DNA of 64,000 bases, taken from positions 24,366,001 to 24,430,000 of the forward strand of contig JAGIQG010000023.1 of NCBI GenBank assembly GCA_024679065.1, in the 5' to 3' direction. Of the stretch, positions 62,565-64,000 are shown in pieces. Each line of letters starts with the position of its first letter. Position 1 is the stretch's first letter. Made by a program: the position numbers and the translations under genes. Below the pieces are notes generated by a model. The model was not told where the DNA came from, did not search any database, and saw only the letters and a program-made list of their open reading frames with translations. The DNA is from Sphyrna mokarran. Its lineage: Eukaryota.

Positions 62565-62878
62565 CATAGGATCCCTACAGTGCAGAAGAGGGCCATTCAG
62601 CCCACAGTGTCTTCACCAACTCTCTGACAGTGTACCTTACCCAGGCCTTCTCCCCACACTAGCTACTTAACCCTGCACATTTACCATGGCCAATCCACCT
62701 AACCAATTTAGCATGGCCAATCCAATCTAGGCAGTGAGAGGAAACCAGAGCATCTAGATGAAACCCACACAGACACATGGCGGTTGTATATAAATTCCAC
62801 ACAATTAGTCAAGGTCAGAATTGAACCCAGGTCCCTGGCTCTGTGAGGCAGCAGCGCTAACCACTATGCCACCATGCC
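62565..62878 (-). mobile_element. HE1 V-SINE, type A tail
   Basis: cataggatccctacagtgcagaagagggccattcagccc...ctgtgaggcagcagcgctaaccactatgccaccatgcc. Confidence 0.9.
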
Positions 62879-63530
62879 AAGCATCTTAACTGGTGTGCAA
62901 AAAAAAAAGCAACTTGTGCTGAAGAAGAAATGAGCCGCAAGTTGTGATTCACCACAAATTGTTGAATGATCTTCACCACTCCTGACTTTCATTCCTCTCT
63001 GTTTTAATTCAATCTTTCTTTGCCTCTCTTTACTTAGCTTCCTGTACCTAATTTGACTCTAATTTATCTTGTTTCCTGTTCCCCTCCTTTCTATCCAAAA
63101 ATCTCATTGGTTAAGGAGATAACTATCGGTCCCATATTGTCCACCAATGACCAAGATTTCCTTTTGACTTTACCACGTTGTTATTAATCCACACTTCCAG
63201 CAATTTACACAGAAAGAAACATTCAAGCTGAAAGCTGAGGACAAGATCCAACAAATGGGCCAGACCACAAGATGCCAAACTTGAGCACATTTTGGCCCAT
63301 TGTGTTGAAGCTCATTATATAACATCACCCTTGACCTCTATATGCATGAGATAAAACCCAGCATTTCCTTGGGGTGGGATTTTCCGACTGTGCTCGTCCC
63401 AAAACTGGATATGCCAAACTGAGGTTAACAGACCTTTGCATGTTCCGCCTCCGTCCGCTACAACTCCCTTGGCGAGTGGGATGGAAAAATTCCTGCCATT
63501 GTGTTGGAAACCAATTTATTATTCAGGCTC

Positions 63531-63720
63531 AAAAACAGAAAATGACCCTTCATCGGTGAAAAGAAAATGCTGGAAAATCTCAGCAAGTCTGACAGCAGCA
63601 TGTCACGCTGACTTGAAATGTCGGCTCCATTCTCTCTCCATAGATGCCATCAGATCTTCTGAAATTTTCCAGCATTTTCTGCTTTTGTTTCAAATTCCAG
63701 TATCTACAGAGTTTTGCCTT
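63531..63720. mobile_element. Third Penelope-derived palindromic cassette, decayed
   Basis: agaaaatgctggaaaatctcagcaagtctgacagca is inverted against tgccatcagatcttctgaaattttccagcattttct. Hammerhead remnants gtcacgctgacttGAAAtgt (+) and gatgaagggtca (-). Confidence 0.6.
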
Positions 63721-64000
63721 TATGTTACTTTTCAGGCAGTTGGTTGTAAAAAAAATCCACAATATATTTTTGCCACAGTCTATTTTTTAAAAGTTTGCCT
63801 AGATACTATTAAGCCTACTTGGTAAAGAAAGACTGAAAATACAGCAAACTGCTGATGGTCACAATTATTTTTAAGACACTGGGTCTCTAAACATTTCCCA
63901 GTGCCTTGCATAACAAGAGCTTTGCCAGAACACATTGAGACAACAGCTCTTTTCACACTCAGGCAGCTTTCCAGCTGCTGTGGATCCATCCCCATGTAAT

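Noticed and set aside
63780-63995. Possible host exon at the window end (MGMDPQQLESC...)
   Set aside because: No recognisable protein similarity or convincing splice sites. It cannot be excluded without sequence beyond the window.

Overview
Repeat-dense vertebrate DNA, almost certainly from a shark (inferred from HE1-type V-SINEs and the CR1, Rex1, L2, Penelope and Harbinger families present). I found no credible host protein-coding exon, so the window reads as a large intron or gene desert with several AT-rich, repeat-free islands that resemble conserved non-coding elements. Every recognisable ORF is transposon-derived: two young CR1 RT copies, Rex1, Gypsy integrase and gag remnants, Penelope GIY-YIG remnants, and a TSD-bounded two-gene Harbinger (Myb/SANT plus transposase). 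The most interesting signal is a family of Penelope-derived cassettes made of inverted pseudo-LTR arms carrying minimal type I hammerhead ribozyme motifs. They range from GIY-YIG-bearing copies to pure palindromes, and most have clear target-site duplications. One cassette (37337-37713) holds between its arms a 150-bp, 85%-identical copy of apparently unique DNA found 1.15 kb downstream. Two further short local duplications occur at similar offsets (1.08 and 1.28 kb). All alignments and coordinates were read by eye, so boundaries of old repeats are approximate.
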